Positions 1 through 8,525 of a stretch of DNA of 64,000 nucleotides are shown piece after piece; within the stretch, counting starts at the first letter, position 1, and each line of letters opens with the position of its first letter. Made by a program: the position numbers and the translations under genes. The DNA comes from Deinococcus sp. (GTDB lineage Bacteria > Deinococcota > Deinococci > Deinococcales > Deinococcaceae), in the NCBI RefSeq assembly GCF_965247785.1, contig NZ_OZ252036.1, positions 362,004 through 426,003 of the forward strand, written 5' to 3'. Below the pieces are notes generated by a model. The model searched no databases, had not been told where the DNA came from, and worked only from the letters and a program-made list of their open reading frames with translations.

Positions 1-256
1 CGACATCGTGGCGATTGGGGTGCTGGACGCGCTGCGGCAGCTGGGGCGGCGGGTGCCGGGGGAGGTGAGCGTGATCGGCTTCGACGACATCCAGGAGGCG
101 GCGCGGCTGGCCTACCGCCTCACCACCATCCGTCAGCCGCTGGAGGCGATGATCGAGGACGCGCTGGCGGCGCTGGACGACCCGCAGCCCGCGCTCGGCC
201 CGCGCCTGCACAGGGGCGAGCTGATCTGGCGCGGCACCGTGAGGGACACCGCATGA
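1..256 (+). CDS. LacI/PurR-family transcriptional regulator, C-terminal fragment (5' end lies outside the window)
   Basis: The frame is open from the window edge to TGA at 254-256. The translation VSVIGFDDIQEAARLAYRLTTIRQP is the conserved C-terminal effector-domain signature of LacI-family repressors. The stop overlaps the next start (ATGA). Confidence 0.75.
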   Translation, partial: DIVAIGVLDALRQLGRRVPGEVSVIGFDDIQEAARLAYRLTTIRQPLEAMIEDALAALDDPQPALGPRLHRGELIWRGTVRDTA

Positions 257-1008
257 CCGGCGGCGAGTTGAGCGGGCGGGTGGCGCTGGTGACCGGCGGG
301 GCGGGCGGCATCGGCAGCGCCATCTGTGCAGCGCTGGCCGGGGCGGGCTGCACCGTGCTGGTGGGCTACGCGGGCCAGGCGGGGCGGGCCGAGGCGTTGG
401 CCGGGGAGCTGGACGGGGAAGGGCGACACCGCGCCGTGCTGGCCCGCGTGGACGACAGCGCTGGCCTGCACGCCGCCGCCGACAGCGTGAGAGCGCTGGA
501 AGGCCGCCTGGACATCCTGGTGAACAACGCCGGACTCACCACGCCGGTGCCGCACCACGACCTGGACGGGCTGAGCGACGAGTGGATCGACACCATCTTG
601 CGGGTGAACGTGCGCGGGGCCTTCGCCTGCGTGCGTGCCCTCGCGCCGCTGCTGCGGGAAAGCGGCGACGGGCTGGTGGTCAACATCAGCAGCGTGGCCG
701 GGCAGACGGGGCTGGGCAGCAATGTGGCGTACTGCGCCAGCAAGGCCGCGCTGGATTCCATGACCCGCAGCCTGGGGCGGGCGCTGGCCCCGGAGATCCG
801 GGTGCTGAGCGTGTCGCCCGGCTGGGTGGACGGCGAGTACGCCCGCAGCATGCCGCCAGAGCTGATCCGGGCGCAGGCCAGTCTTACGCCACTGGGCCGC
901 ATCGCCCGCCCGCAGGAGGTGGCCCGCGCGGTGCTGGCCGCCGCCACCCACCTGAGCTTCAGCACCGGCTGCATCATTCCGGTGGACGGCGGCAGGCCGC
1001 TGGGCTGA
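253..1008 (+). CDS. Short-chain dehydrogenase/reductase (FabG-like SDR)
   Basis: 251 aa. Carries the Rossmann motif VALVTGGAGGIGSAI, the NNAG motif and the catalytic S...YCASK motif. GC3-rich coding frame. Confidence 0.9.
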   Translation: MTGGELSGRVALVTGGAGGIGSAICAALAGAGCTVLVGYAGQAGRAEALAGELDGEGRHRAVLARVDDSAGLHAAADSVRALEGRLDILVNNAGLTTPVPHHDLDGLSDEWIDTILRVNVRGAFACVRALAPLLRESGDGLVVNISSVAGQTGLGSNVAYCASKAALDSMTRSLGRALAPEIRVLSVSPGWVDGEYARSMPPELIRAQASLTPLGRIARPQEVARAVLAAATHLSFSTGCIIPVDGGRPLG

Positions 1009-1214
1009 TACGGGATTGCGCAGCGTGTTCGGAGTGTTGGCGAACGGAACGGGTCGCAAAAGGACAGTCTGACGGAGATGGAAGCGGCCAAGCGTGCTCA
1101 TGCGCGCTGCTCTGGCCAAGAAGCGGCCAAGCGTCGTCATCGGCGCTGCTCTGGCCAAGACGGGGATACCGATGCCGTTCCCGTAAGCTCTGGAATCAGA
1201 GCAACACCATGTTA
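1008..1214. repeat. Mosaic small noncoding repeat, type I (copy A), TA-flanked MITE-like element
   Basis: Begins TA-CGGGATTGCGCAGCGTGTTCGGAGTGTTGGCGAACGG, the same end module as at 7021-7080, 46700-46786 and 60520-60574. It contains two GGCCAAG..CTTGGCC-type hairpin units and ends with the CTGGAATCAGAGC module seen at 16470, 32025 and 46445. Confidence 0.7.
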
Positions 1215-2152
1215 TACGGATTCCGAAAAATTCGTTATACTTCTTTCATCAGACACCCTACTTTCCTCCATTCAGCCGATAAGTTCTGGGGCATCTACAA
1301 GCGCAGTACCTGCGCGGTCGAACGTCGCCGCAGTCAACTGCTCGCCCTGCTATGCGAAGGCAAATCTTACCGCGAGGTGCTGGAAATCACCCGCTATTCG
1401 TACCAGGGGGCCGACAAGGTGATGGACGCGTATGTCGCCCAGGGTTTGGAGGGGATCAAGGATCAGCGCCACAGCAACCGTGGCGCACCGACGCTGCTCA
1501 GTGACGCCGACCTGCTGCTGCTGGCCCAGAGCATCCGTGCCGATGTCGCTCAGGGTGGGGTGTGGAACGGGAACCGCGTGCAGGCGTGGGTCAAGACCAC
1601 GCTCCAGAAAGACCTGTATCTGGGCCGGTGTTATGAGTTCCTGGAGGCGGTGGGCTACAGCCAACAGGTGCCCCGGCCTCGACAGGTCGAGGCCGATCAG
1701 GAACGCCAGGAGGACTTCAAAAAACAGTCCTCCCTGAATGTGTCCAGGCAGTGGAAGCGCGTGTTGAAGGCACTGGACGGCGGGTCGAAGTCTGGTGCAT
1801 GGATGAACACCGAGTCGGCCTGAAGCCCATCGTGGGACGGGTCTGGGCCGAACGTGGCAAGGCCCCTACCGTGCCGGTACAACACCGCTATCAATGGCTG
1901 TACCTTTATGCGTTCGCCAGCCCACAGACTGGCGAAGGGCAATACTGGCTATTGCCTTGCGTAAATACGGACGCCTTTCAAGCTGTCCTGGAGCGGTTCG
2001 CGGTCAGTACCGGCGCAGGGCAGGAACGGGAGATCATCTTGGTTCTGGATGGAGCGGGGTGGCACACCACCCCGCTCTTGCACTGCCCGAACGGTGTCAC
2101 CCTGATCTTTCTGCCGCCCTACTCACCGGAATTGCAACCTGCTGAGCGCCTA
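1209..2152 (+). pseudogene. IS630-family transposase of element A, N-terminal and central part (truncated by insertion at 2151/2152)
   Basis: HTH region RRRSQLLALLCEGKSYREVLEITRYS, then a second frame from the A6 run with RRVEVWCMDEHRVGLKP...YLYAFASPQTGE...LVLDGAGWH...LPPYSPELQPAERL (DDE core). The true start codon is unclear. Confidence 0.75.
1719..1724 (+). other. A6 slippery run: candidate programmed -1 frameshift or transcriptional slippage site joining transposase orfA and orfB
   Basis: orfA reads ..EDFKK-QSS.. and stops at 1823. A -1 shift on TTC AAA AAA C gives ..KKTVLPECVQAVEARVEGTGRRVEVW.., which continues the conserved IS630 transposase. Element B has an analogous A7 run. Confidence 0.55.
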
Positions 2153-3315
2153 GTGGATGACCACAGGCATCACTAGGGTTAAGCTGAGGGATGGGACGCA
2201 AACAGCTGTTCGTGGTGCGGTTGTCGGAAGAGGACGCCAGAAGTTGACCGAACTGACGCGAAAGGGCGTCATCAGTGCGCGGGTCATGACCCGCGCACGC
2301 CTGCTGCTGTTGAGCGATCAAGGGCTGAAGGACCGTGAAGTCGCCGACCGGCAGGGGGTCGAGCGCGACTGTGGCCTACACCCGGCGCAAGTATGTTGAG
2401 GGCGGCCTTCAAGCCGCGCTCGTTGAGAAAGCGCGACCCAAACAAGCCCCCAAGCTCAATCCGCAACAGACGGCCATCCTGGCCGAGACCTGTTCCAACG
2501 CGCCCGAGGGCCGGGCGAGCTGGAGCATGCAGTTGCTGGCCGATCGACTGGTGAGCCTGGGGGTGGTGGACTGCATCAGCGATGAAACCGTTCGGCGCAC
2601 GCTGAAAAAAACGAGCTCAAACCCTGGCAGGTCCAGAGTTGGTGCGTCGCAGATGTAGGGGCCGACTTCGTCTGGCGCATGGAGCGCTCGACACCTACGC
2701 ACAACCCTACGACGCCGAGTGCCCGGTGGTCTGTTTCGACGAAGTCCTATCAGCTGCTCGACCACGTCCATGAACCGAAGCCACCCGTGCCGGGTATTTC
2801 GGCACGGGTCGATCACGAATACAAACGGTGCGGTACAGTCAACTTCTTCGTGCGTTTGAGCCGTTGACTGGACAGCGAACGGTCTCGGTCACCGAGCGCC
2901 GGGGCAATGCGGAGTTCACCGCGCAGATCCAGGCGCTGGAGCTGCGCTACCCCGCAGCGACGAGGATTCGCCTGGTCCTGACCAGCTCTCCACCCATTCG
3001 CCTGCTGCCCTCTACCAGCACCTGTCCGCGACGGAGGCGCGGCGATTGACCCAGCGCTTCGAGTGATCTACACGCCGAAACACGCCTCCTGGCTGAACAT
3101 CGCCGAGATGGAATGGGCTGTCCTGCAGCGCCAGTGTCTGGGACAGCCTTGGCGACCGTGGAGCGGGTGACGGCCGCGCTTCAGGCGTGGGAAACGGACC
3201 GCAATAGGCGGTCCGTCAAAGTCTCCTGGCAATTCACCACCACGACAGCCCGAGAAACCCTCAGCCGCCACTACCCTCAATCTTTATAACCGTCTATATG
3301 CCTGTGGTCATCCAC
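2153..3315 (+). mobile_element. Second IS630-family IS (element B), 1163 bp, inserted at a TA inside element A
   Basis: Perfect 18-bp terminal inverted repeats GTGGATGACCACAGGCAT (2153-2170) and ATGCCTGTGGTCATCCAC (3298-3315). Flanked by TA (2151-2152) and TA (3316-3317). Confidence 0.85.
2191..3289 (+). pseudogene. IS630-family transposase of element B, decayed (at least six frameshifts)
   Basis: Transposase homology is spread over all three frames: MGRKQLFVVRLSEEDAR / LTELTRKGVISARVMTRARLLLLSDQG / TVAYTRRKYVEGGLQAAL / KKNELKPWQVQSWC / HEYKRCGTVNFF / FEPLTGQRTVSVTERR / TPKHASWLNIAEMEWAVLQRQCLG. Confidence 0.8.
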
Positions 3316-3317
3316 TA

Positions 3318-3442
3318 GAGCATTTGTCATAAAAACGCCGTATGTTTTTATGACCGAGTGGAACGAGTAAATGACGTGCTAGAGCGGTTGGGAGTGGTAT
3401 GCCTGAAGTGGTTTTCTTCAGGCATTGAACGGACAAACGCTC
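3318..3442 (+). mobile_element. 125-bp MITE (copy 1), TA target-site duplication
   Basis: TIRs are GAGCATTTGTC and GACAAACGCTC. There are two internal hairpins (GTCATAAAAAC..GTTTTTATGAC and GCCTGAAG..CTTCAGGC). Flanked by TA 3316-3317 and TA 3443-3444. Same sequence as 4011-4135 and 6753-6952. Confidence 0.8.
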
Positions 3443-3444
3443 TA

Positions 3445-3600
3445 GGGCAATTGACGGACGCGCCGTTGAAGAACCGGCATTTCGAGACGCTGGCACAGCT
3501 CCACTTCACCCTTGCCGCACAGTGTCGCTGGCTGGAAGGACAAGGGAACCGGGTGAAAGCCTTGACGGGCTTTCACTGGTGGCCCAAAATAACGAATTAA
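3445..3600 (+). pseudogene. IS630-family transposase of element A, displaced C-terminal segment
   Basis: Joining 2150 to 3445 restores ..PELQPAERL-GQLTDAPLKNRHFETLAQL.. in frame. TAA lies at 3598-3600, just inside the right TIR. Confidence 0.75.
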
Positions 3601-3612
3601 TCGGAATCCGTG

Positions 3613-4008
3613 TTACTCCTTGCCGATCCCGATCTGCTTGGCGTAGGTCTGGTTGTCCCAGAAGAGGAATTCCTCGGTAATCAGGCCGTTTTTCTAGCGG
3701 CTAATGGTCGCCATGCCGATCTTGAAGGCTTTCCTCGTTGGGGCGATGGACTTGCCGCCCGGCAGCGGCAGCGGCCTGGTGAAGGTGCCCTGGAACACCC
3801 CGGTGACGGCGGTGAGGTCGCCACAAGCCATCCGGAGGGGGTGGTCGAGAATGCAGGTGTCGGGGGCGTACACGAACAGGGCCTTGAGGTCTTGGATATG
3901 CACGTCGATGCCGGTGGTGGTGTGGCCGTCGGGCCAGTGGACCACGACGCCCTGCGCGTGGCTCTCCTTCAGCCGGTTCCACTTCTGGTGGGTGAAGACA
4001 TCGAAGTC
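3613..4008 (-). pseudogene. Ester cyclase / SnoaL-like family protein, N-terminally truncated with an in-frame TAG
   Basis: Translation ..VVHWPDGHTTTGIDVHIQDLKALFVYAPDTCILDHPLRMACGDLTAVTGVFQGTFTRPLPLPGGKSIAPTRKAFKIGMATISR*KNGLITEEFLFWDNQTYAKQIGIGKE. The in-frame TAG (3694-3696) sits where relatives have Trp. The 5' end is cut by the MITE at 4011, and the 3' end abuts the IS-A terminus. Confidence 0.7.
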
Positions 4009-4010
4009 TA

Positions 4011-4135
4011 GAGCGTTTGTCCGTTAAATGGTTGAAGAAAAATGCTTCAACCATACCAATCCCAACCGCTCTAGCACGTCATTCATTCGCTCCGCTCGGT
4101 CATAAAAACATACGGCGTTTTTATGACAAATGCTC
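4011..4135 (-). mobile_element. 125-bp MITE (copy 2, inverted orientation), TA-flanked
   Basis: Same element as 3318-3442 in reverse. Flanked by TA 4009-4010 and TA 4136-4137. Confidence 0.8.
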
Positions 4136-4152
4136 TAGGGTGTTGAAGGTTT

Positions 4153-4305
4153 TCAGACGTCTGCCAGCGCGTTCTTGCCGAGGTTGGCGGCGGTGCAGGT
4201 CTGTCCGTCCTTGCCGGACTGTGCGCCGGAACTGGCCAGCACGGGAGACAGCGTGGTGAAGACCAGCACGGCGGGGACGAGCGAGGAAAGCAGGGTTCTG
4301 GTCAT
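4153..4305 (-). CDS. Possible small secreted protein (50 aa)
   Basis: MTRTLLSSLVPAVLVFTTLSPVLASSGAQSGKDGQTCTAANLGKNALADV has a signal-peptide-like N-terminus. AAGGA lies 7 nt upstream of the ATG. No family recognised. Confidence 0.35.
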   Translation of the reverse strand: MTRTLLSSLVPAVLVFTTLSPVLASSGAQSGKDGQTCTAANLGKNALADV

Positions 4306-4472
4306 CGGGTAATCCTTTGTGGTCGCGGTGGGGCGAGACATGGGTTCGCGTCGTCCATTGGGGGCAGGGCGTCGTGGCTGCGCGTCAGGGCGGCGTAGAG
4401 GCTGGCACGGCGAAGTTCCGGTGGGCCGCGTTGAACGCAGGCGACTCCGGGAATACGACCTGATGCCTGCGT

Positions 4473-5480
4473 TCAGCGCGCAAAGACCTTGACCTGATAA
4501 GGTCTGCTCGGCTGCCCCTTGTCCACCCCGAAGGTGAAGCCGAGTTGCGACTCGTCCACCAGCAGGTAGGAGGTGCCCCCCACGCTGGCGAGCGCCACGC
4601 CGGAGGGGTCGGCCAGGTTTTCCTGAAGGGTGGTACGGGTGGCGGTGGTGGGGCCGGTGAACTGCACCCCGTAGACCGTGCCGTGTGAGCCGGCCACCAG
4701 CACGTCGTTTTCGGCGTAGATCAGGCCCCCGTCCGCGAGGGTCATGCCGTCGGCGAAGATCACCGGGTCGCCCGCGATCTTCACCGCGACTGGCGCAGCG
4801 GCGCTGCCGTCGGCCCTGAACGCCACATACCACAGGGCGTTGTTGTGCGACACGTACAGGCCGCTGCCGGCGTAGACCATGCCGCCCAGCCCGAAGCCGC
4901 CGTCCACCCACTGGGGGCTGGTGGCCCAGGTCGTGACCTCGCCGGTGGCCGGGTTGATCTTGACAATGCGGGGCCTGGGGCCGATGTCGCCGACGTAGAT
5001 GTTGCCGGCACCGTCCACGTCCACCGAGTTGCCGACCATGCCGTCCGGCAGGGTCCAGGTGTTGATCCTGGTCCCGGTGCTCAGGTCGAAGGCCGCGACC
5101 CGGCCCGCCCTGGCATGCGCCGGGTTGAAGTCGTAGGGCTGGTTCTGGACCGACAGCAGCCAATTTTTACCCGGCACCACGCGCAGGCCCCAGGCGGAGC
5201 TATAGGCGTCGGTGGCCGCCGGCAGGAAGGGGCTGACCGCGCCGCCCCGGCTCAGGTCGAGGCGGACCACCGAGCCGTCGGCGCTGTTGGAGACGTAGGC
5301 GCTGGTGCCGTACACCGCGAGATCCTCGGGCGCGGTGGTGCCGATGCTCAGCGAGGCGGGAAGCGCGGAGGCAGAACCGGCGAACGACTGGGTGCAGCCG
5401 CTCAGCAGCAGGGCGGCGGAGGCGAGAAGGGCCAGGCCCGAAGGGCGGGCAGGCAGGACAGAACGGACAGGTCTGGTCAT
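4473..5480 (-). CDS. Beta-propeller lipoprotein (SMP-30/gluconolactonase/NHL-like fold)
   Basis: MTRPVRSVLPARPSGLALLASAALLLSGC has a lipobox. It is followed by repeated blade-like segments (YVSNSADGSVVRLD, VDGAGNIYVGD, GMTLADGGLIYAEND). Start chosen at the second ATG. Confidence 0.75.
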   Translation of the reverse strand: MTRPVRSVLPARPSGLALLASAALLLSGCTQSFAGSASALPASLSIGTTAPEDLAVYGTSAYVSNSADGSVVRLDLSRGGAVSPFLPAATDAYSSAWGLRVVPGKNWLLSVQNQPYDFNPAHARAGRVAAFDLSTGTRINTWTLPDGMVGNSVDVDGAGNIYVGDIGPRPRIVKINPATGEVTTWATSPQWVDGGFGLGGMVYAGSGLYVSHNNALWYVAFRADGSAAAPVAVKIAGDPVIFADGMTLADGGLIYAENDVLVAGSHGTVYGVQFTGPTTATRTTLQENLADPSGVALASVGGTSYLLVDESQLGFTFGVDKGQPSRPYQVKVFAR

Positions 5481-5627
5481 GACAAGAGTCTCCTGAAGCT
5501 CTGAACACACGGGGTCTCAGAGACGGGGTGAGGTGTTGAGTTTCCATTTCGGGCGGGGAAATCGCGCCTTCAAGGCTCGATCCAGAGTGTAGGCAGACTC
5601 TGACCCGGCGTGAAGTTCAGTGGCCGG

Positions 5628-6572
5628 TCAGGACTGTTGAATTTCCGACGTGTGGCCGTGCCTGATCTGGCTGGGAGTCTGACCGCTGCGCTTCCGGAAC
5701 CACTGGCTGAACTGGGTCGCGGTCGGAAAATGAAGGTCCTGGGCGATCTGCTCAATCGGCCTGGTGGTAAAGCTCAGCATCCGGACCGCCTCGATCAGCA
5801 GCCGCTCCTGCAACCACGCACCGGGCGTTCTGCCGGTCACGCGCCCCACCACGCGGGCCAGATGATCGGGCGTGACGTGCAGCAGCTCGGCGTAATACCC
5901 GACCGGTCGCCGCTGGAGGGCGTGGCCGACCGAATGAAGGCGGAACAGTCGGGTGAGCCGCAGATCGGCGCTCTGGCCGAGAGACAGCGCGGGAGCAGAG
6001 GCGTCAGAGGCGTCCAGGTCGAGCGTGGCGGCCTCGGCCAGGATCGCGTGCAGGTAGGCCAGCAGCAGGCCCTCACGCTGCCGGGGAAGCACCTGCCAGG
6101 TCATATTCGGCCCGGGCTGCGCCGACTGGAGATACCTCCGCCAGACCTGCCCGAACAGGGTGTCCAGCGCCGTGCCGGCCTCGCCCGGCGCGGGGAGAAC
6201 GGTGACGGCGTCCGGTCTGAACAGGGGTAGGTCGGTCAGGAGGCGCACATCGAGGGCGCCGCCGGTGAAGACGTCTGGAACGAACCCGAGCAGGGTCAGC
6301 TGGGCGCCCGGATCCTCGCCTTCCCACCAGTTCACCTGACCTGGGGCGGTACACACCAGCGAACCCGGCGCGACCTGATACCGCACCGCGTCGCAGACGA
6401 AGGTCGCGGCGCCGCCGCTCAGCCAGGCGAGGCCGTAGAAGGTGTACCGGTGAACCTCCGCCACCTGTGAATCGCTCAGAGCGTGCGCGGCCACGAACAG
6501 TCGGGCACCGTCCTGGAGCGTCACCTCGGACAGCGTGGGAGCGCGGCGGATCACCTCGGCAGTGTCGCACAT
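5628..6572 (-). CDS. AraC-family transcriptional regulator (cupin N-domain plus HTH)
   Basis: The C-terminal sequence YYAELLHVTPDHLARVVGRVTGRTPGAWLQERLLIEAVRMLSFTTRPIEQIAQDLHFPTATQFSQWFRKRSGQTPSQ is a canonical AraC dual HTH. Confidence 0.85.
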   Translation of the reverse strand: MCDTAEVIRRAPTLSEVTLQDGARLFVAAHALSDSQVAEVHRYTFYGLAWLSGGAATFVCDAVRYQVAPGSLVCTAPGQVNWWEGEDPGAQLTLLGFVPDVFTGGALDVRLLTDLPLFRPDAVTVLPAPGEAGTALDTLFGQVWRRYLQSAQPGPNMTWQVLPRQREGLLLAYLHAILAEAATLDLDASDASAPALSLGQSADLRLTRLFRLHSVGHALQRRPVGYYAELLHVTPDHLARVVGRVTGRTPGAWLQERLLIEAVRMLSFTTRPIEQIAQDLHFPTATQFSQWFRKRSGQTPSQIRHGHTSEIQQS

Positions 6573-6752
6573 CCAAGGTCACGCCCTGAACCGTCTGGCT
6601 GGACTGTGCGGCCCGGCAGGGCGCCGAACGTCAGCGGGGGCGATCACAGAATATTGTTCTGATTCCAGTGACTCCGGGAACACCGTTCAGCGTCCCGTCT
6701 TGGCGAGAACTACGCCGCGAAGGTGCAGGTCGGTCGGCCCGCCCTCTAGCTA

Positions 6753-6952
6753 GAGCGTTTGTCCGTTCAATGCCTGAAGAAAACCACTTCAGGTCTACCA
6801 CTCCTAACCGCTCTGGCAGGTCATTTACTCGTTCCACTCGGTCATCAATCACTGGCTTCCCGCCGCGTAATCTCTAGCCTTTAGTTCGATTCCGTATCAT
6901 TTACTCGTCCACTCGGTCATCAAAATGTACGGCGTTTTTATGACCAATGCTC
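6753..6952 (-). mobile_element. MITE (copy 3), 200-bp variant with an internal duplication and filler
   Basis: Same TIRs as copies 1 and 2, flanked by TA 6751-6752 and TA 6953-6954. The segment TCATTTACTCGT(T)CCACTCGGTCATCA occurs twice and brackets about 49 bp of foreign sequence that ends in GATTCCGTATCA, the type I repeat terminus motif. Confidence 0.7.
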
Positions 6953-6980
6953 TAGATTGATCTACCCGTCTCCGCACCGG

Positions 6981-7080
6981 AGGCTGGCCACGCTTGCCCG
7001 CTTCCATCGCCGCCAGACCGGAGTTTTTGTCACTCGCTCCGTTCGCCAACACTCCAGGAGTGTTGTGCATTTCCGTATCA
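6981..7080. repeat. Mosaic repeat type I, end-module fragment (copy H)
   Basis: CCGCTTCCATCGCCGCCAGACCGGAG...CGCCAACACTCCAGGAGTGTTGTGCATTTCCG-TA-TCA matches the right end of copies D, F and G. The terminal TCA (7078-7080) is the TGA stop of the DUF2252 gene. Confidence 0.65.
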
Positions 7081-8208
7081 GTGCCGTGGCAGAGCGGCCC
7101 GCCAGTCGTGAAGATCGGCGTTGACCTGCCGCGCTCCCTGCTCCATACGTTCCGCGAACCAGGGGTCTGTGCGTTTCTGGAGGTCGTGCAGAATCGCCCG
7201 GACCTGTTGCGGCGCGCCCAGATGGACGTTGGCGATCTCCTGGCCCATCGCCCGCAACATCTGGCGTTCGTCACGCCTGCCGGACAGGTCGGACAGATCG
7301 AGTCGCTGGGCGCTCGGAGACAGGCGGCGCAGAGCAAAGCCCTGCCGGAAGCTGACCGAGGGGTCGGGGCTGCGAACACACCCGGCCAGCACCTCCTGGG
7401 CAGACGATCTCGCCGCTTTCAGGCCGGTCATCCAGGCCGCCGCCGAGGGCACCAGGGCCTTGGCCTCCATCGCCAGCGGGCCGCCCTGCCACTCGGTACA
7501 GGCGAGCAGTCGGGCGCGTCCCAGGCTGCCCAGCCCCACCACCCGGTGGGCGAACCAAACCCGACCGCCGGAGGGCAGCGCCGCGCGGAGCAGCGTGGCC
7601 GCCGGGCGCGGGACCGGCACCTTCAGACGCGGCAGGGCCTCCAGGTTGGCCCAGAACACCTCGGCCCGGCGTTCAGCCGTCACCAGTCGTCTCAACCAGG
7701 CGTGTTCGGCCTCCAGCACGAAGGGGCGGCCCCCCGCTCTCAGGCCGTCACGGTAACCGGTCAGCACCGCCGTGGCCGCCGCGTGGGCCGGGAGCGACAG
7801 GTCACCGGCTTCGACTGACAGCCAGGCACTCACCCCCAGGCGGACCAGGTCGAGCGCGTAGGGCAGGGCGGCAGCCTCGTCGAAATCGTTGACACCCCAG
7901 ACCAACCGGCCGGCGGCGTCGCGCCAGGTGCCGAAGTTTTCCAGATGAATATCGCCGACGGAGGGCACCACGGGCATGCCGTCCAGGTCACCGGCGAGCG
8001 CGGGCCAGCGCTGCATGAAGCGGTAGAAGGTGCCGCGCAGAAACGCCAGCGGCGTGGCGCTCATCCGCTCGTGCTTGATCTTGAGGTCGGCCCGCCGCAC
8101 CGCGACCTGATGGCCGAGCCAGGTCTCGTAGGCGACCGTCGATTCGGCGATTCCAGGCAGAGGGGCGTCTCCGTGCAGGGCGGCCGCCCGGTCAGGACGG
8201 GGCCTCAC
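7078..8208 (-). CDS. DUF2252-family protein
   Basis: LKIKHERMSATPLAFLRGTFYRFMQRWP...VPSVGDIHLENFGTWRDAAGRLVWGVNDFDEAA is typical of DUF2252. The start is uncertain (GTG at 8208 chosen). The track ORF extends to 8544 through MITE-derived sequence. Confidence 0.7.
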   Translation of the reverse strand: MRPRPDRAAALHGDAPLPGIAESTVAYETWLGHQVAVRRADLKIKHERMSATPLAFLRGTFYRFMQRWPALAGDLDGMPVVPSVGDIHLENFGTWRDAAGRLVWGVNDFDEAAALPYALDLVRLGVSAWLSVEAGDLSLPAHAAATAVLTGYRDGLRAGGRPFVLEAEHAWLRRLVTAERRAEVFWANLEALPRLKVPVPRPAATLLRAALPSGGRVWFAHRVVGLGSLGRARLLACTEWQGGPLAMEAKALVPSAAAWMTGLKAARSSAQEVLAGCVRSPDPSVSFRQGFALRRLSPSAQRLDLSDLSGRRDERQMLRAMGQEIANVHLGAPQQVRAILHDLQKRTDPWFAERMEQGARQVNADLHDWRAALPRH

Positions 8209-8471
8209 CCGGACGCGGTCGTTCGCTGGGTGGGCGGAGCGGGGGCGTGGCGCTGACGGGGGAAGCCGAACCAAGGGTGCCTGGACTGCATGCCGACCTC
8301 CTGAACTGCGGCCCGGACTGAAACCAGGGGAAGGCGGGCCGGACAAGGAAACGGCTCGCGCTTCCGCTGCTCCTTCAGGATACTGCCCCGTCCCCGAATC
8401 CGCCCGGAGTCGAAGCTGGCCGGGACCACCGCGCCCATACCGGACCTTCGGAGGGGAACGGAGCGTCTCAA

Positions 8472-8517
8472 CCGCTCGGTCATAAGAACACATTCCGTTT
8501 CTGTGACAACTGCTTTG
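8472..8517. repeat. Degenerate half-copy of the 125-bp MITE
   Basis: CCGCTCGGTCATAAGAACACATTCCGTTTCTGTGACAACTGCTTTG aligns with CCGCTCGGTCATAAAAACATACGGCGTTTTTATGACAAATGCTCTA from copy 2. Confidence 0.4.
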
Positions 8518-8525
8518 AAACCGTG

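Larger units (their letters stand above)
1215..3613 (+). mobile_element. IS630/Tc1-mariner-family insertion sequence (element A), interrupted by two nested insertions
   Basis: Terminal inverted repeats are ACGGATTCCGAAAAATTCGTTAT (1216-1238) and ATAACGAATTAATCGGAATCCGT (3589-3611), with a TA on the left flank. The internal transposase reading frame is split at the TA at 2151-2152 and resumes at 3445. Confidence 0.8.
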
